A program made the translations under genes and the position numbers. The notes beneath the pieces are model-generated. The model made no database searches. It was not told the origin of the DNA and saw nothing but the letters and a program-made list of their open reading frames with translations. A stretch of 20,000 nt of DNA, taken from positions 117,579-137,578 of the forward strand of contig JAXLNO010000231.1 in NCBI GenBank assembly GCA_038087875.1, read 5' to 3'. Shown here piece by piece: positions 18,820 through 20,000 of this stretch. The number at the start of each line of letters is the position of its first letter. Positions within the stretch are counted from its first letter, which is position 1. Source of the stretch: Malacoraja senta (lineage: Eukaryota).

Positions 18820-19513
18820 TCAAATTGTGAAAGAGTGTAGCACATGTCAAGCAGTTGGAAAGAATCCACCAACAGTACCGCTACAGCCATGGAAATGGCC
18901 GGCTAGAGTGTGGCAAAGATTACTCGTGGACTTTGCAGAGTTAGATGGACAACAATTGTTCACTGTGATTGATAGTCACTCCAAGTGGGTTGAGGTTTTT
19001 CCGATGAACAAAACGACATCCAGCAAAACAATAGACATTTTGCGAGGATTGTTTGCGTCCTATTGATTTCCAGAGGAAATTGTGTCTGATAACGGACCTC
19101 AATTCTGTTCACAAGAATTTGCACAATTCACGAAATGGAATGGTGTAAAACACACTAGAGTCATTCCATACCATTCCGCTTCAAATGGAGCAGCAGAACG
19201 CACAGTGCAGATTGTAAAACGTAATTTAGTCAAACAACTGCTGGATCAAAATCCAACGAAAAGACAGTTGTCTCTGTCTCACAAACTGGCTAACTTTCTG
19301 ATTACATATCGAAACACACCTCACACCACCACTGGTCAAACGCCAGCTGAACTGTTCTTGAAGAGAAAACCAAGAACAAGGTTTTCACTGCTGAAACCAA
19401 ACTTGGCTCAAACAGTTGAAAAGAATGGGAAAAACAAAAAAGCATATCATGACAGAAGTAGATAAAGGCAAGGAGTGTTGAGTGGAATCAGAAGTTAAAG
19501 GTGAAAAACATCT
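18818..19513 (+). pseudogene. Gypsy integrase core, unit 2, same nonsense codon
   Basis: ORFs 18560-19066 and 19082-19465; TGA at 19064-19066. Confidence 0.95.
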
Positions 19514-20000
19514 GGCCGACTTCGGGGCTGTGGCGGGTTCTGGCGTTCCGGCGGCGGCGACCCGACTCGGGGCTGAGGTGGTGTTCCGGCGGCGGCGACC
19601 CGACTCGGGACTGAGGTGGTTTTCAGTACTTTATGTGGGGGAAGCGGCTAGGGTAAGGGGGGAACCGTCCTTCAGTCGCTTCCTGGCGAGGATGCGGCTA
19701 TTATCCGAGTCGCCTCCTCGCCACACCCCCCCCCCACCTCCCCTTGCGGCCTACCAACTGGGACCGGACCAGAGCTTCAGCAGCTGCGGCGCTGTGCTCG
19801 ATACATCGCGGAGCGGGCGAGGCGTTACCTGGGATCGCCGCTTGGAGCTCCGGAATGTTGGGCCGCTGCTACAGCATCGCGGAGCTGTGGGTGCGGAACT
19901 CCTAAGGCGGGCGTAGCTGACTAACAACGCAGTCCTGGGAATCTTTGCCGGGTGTCGGCAGCTCGAATCTCCTCCCAGCGCGGCCTGTGGACATCGGGAG
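19514..20000 (+). mobile_element. GC-rich retroposon 'B' (5' part, runs off the window)
   Basis: Near-identical to 10668-11155; follows ATCT at 19510-19513. Confidence 0.85.

Larger units (their letters stand above)
10849..19693. repeat. Large tandem repeat, unit 2, 8845 bp; unit 3 begins at 19694
   Basis: Colinear with unit 1. It lacks about 2055-2351, 2951-3985 and 5973-6715 of unit 1 and has a longer 40-bp minisatellite. Confidence 0.97.

Overview
Eukaryotic, repeat-derived DNA. The CR1, Penelope and Rex1-type signatures look like those of cartilaginous fish such as skates and rays (inference). No intact protein-coding gene, rRNA, tRNA or CRISPR array is evident. The whole window is a head-to-tail array of one large unit: unit 1 = 1-10848, unit 2 = 10849-19693, and unit 3 starts at 19694. 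Each unit is a nested mosaic of retroelement relics: a Gypsy 5' LTR, PBS and gag stub; a Gypsy integrase with a different 3' LTR; a Penelope RT fragment and hammerhead relic; several CR1 pieces; two GC-rich non-coding retroposons with Rex1-like tails; and 40-bp and 29-bp minisatellites. Two stretches with no TE match I can recognise carry minus-strand splice acceptors and may be exons of an amplified gene, pseudogene or lncRNA. Main points of interest: (i) the macrosatellite and its patchy homogenisation, (ii) a candidate exon in three copies with a slight synonymous-change bias, (iii) two diverged GC-rich retroposons that keep covarying RNA hairpins, and (iv) an internal duplication that preserves the pre-insertion state of the unit. 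All family calls are by eye, with no database search.
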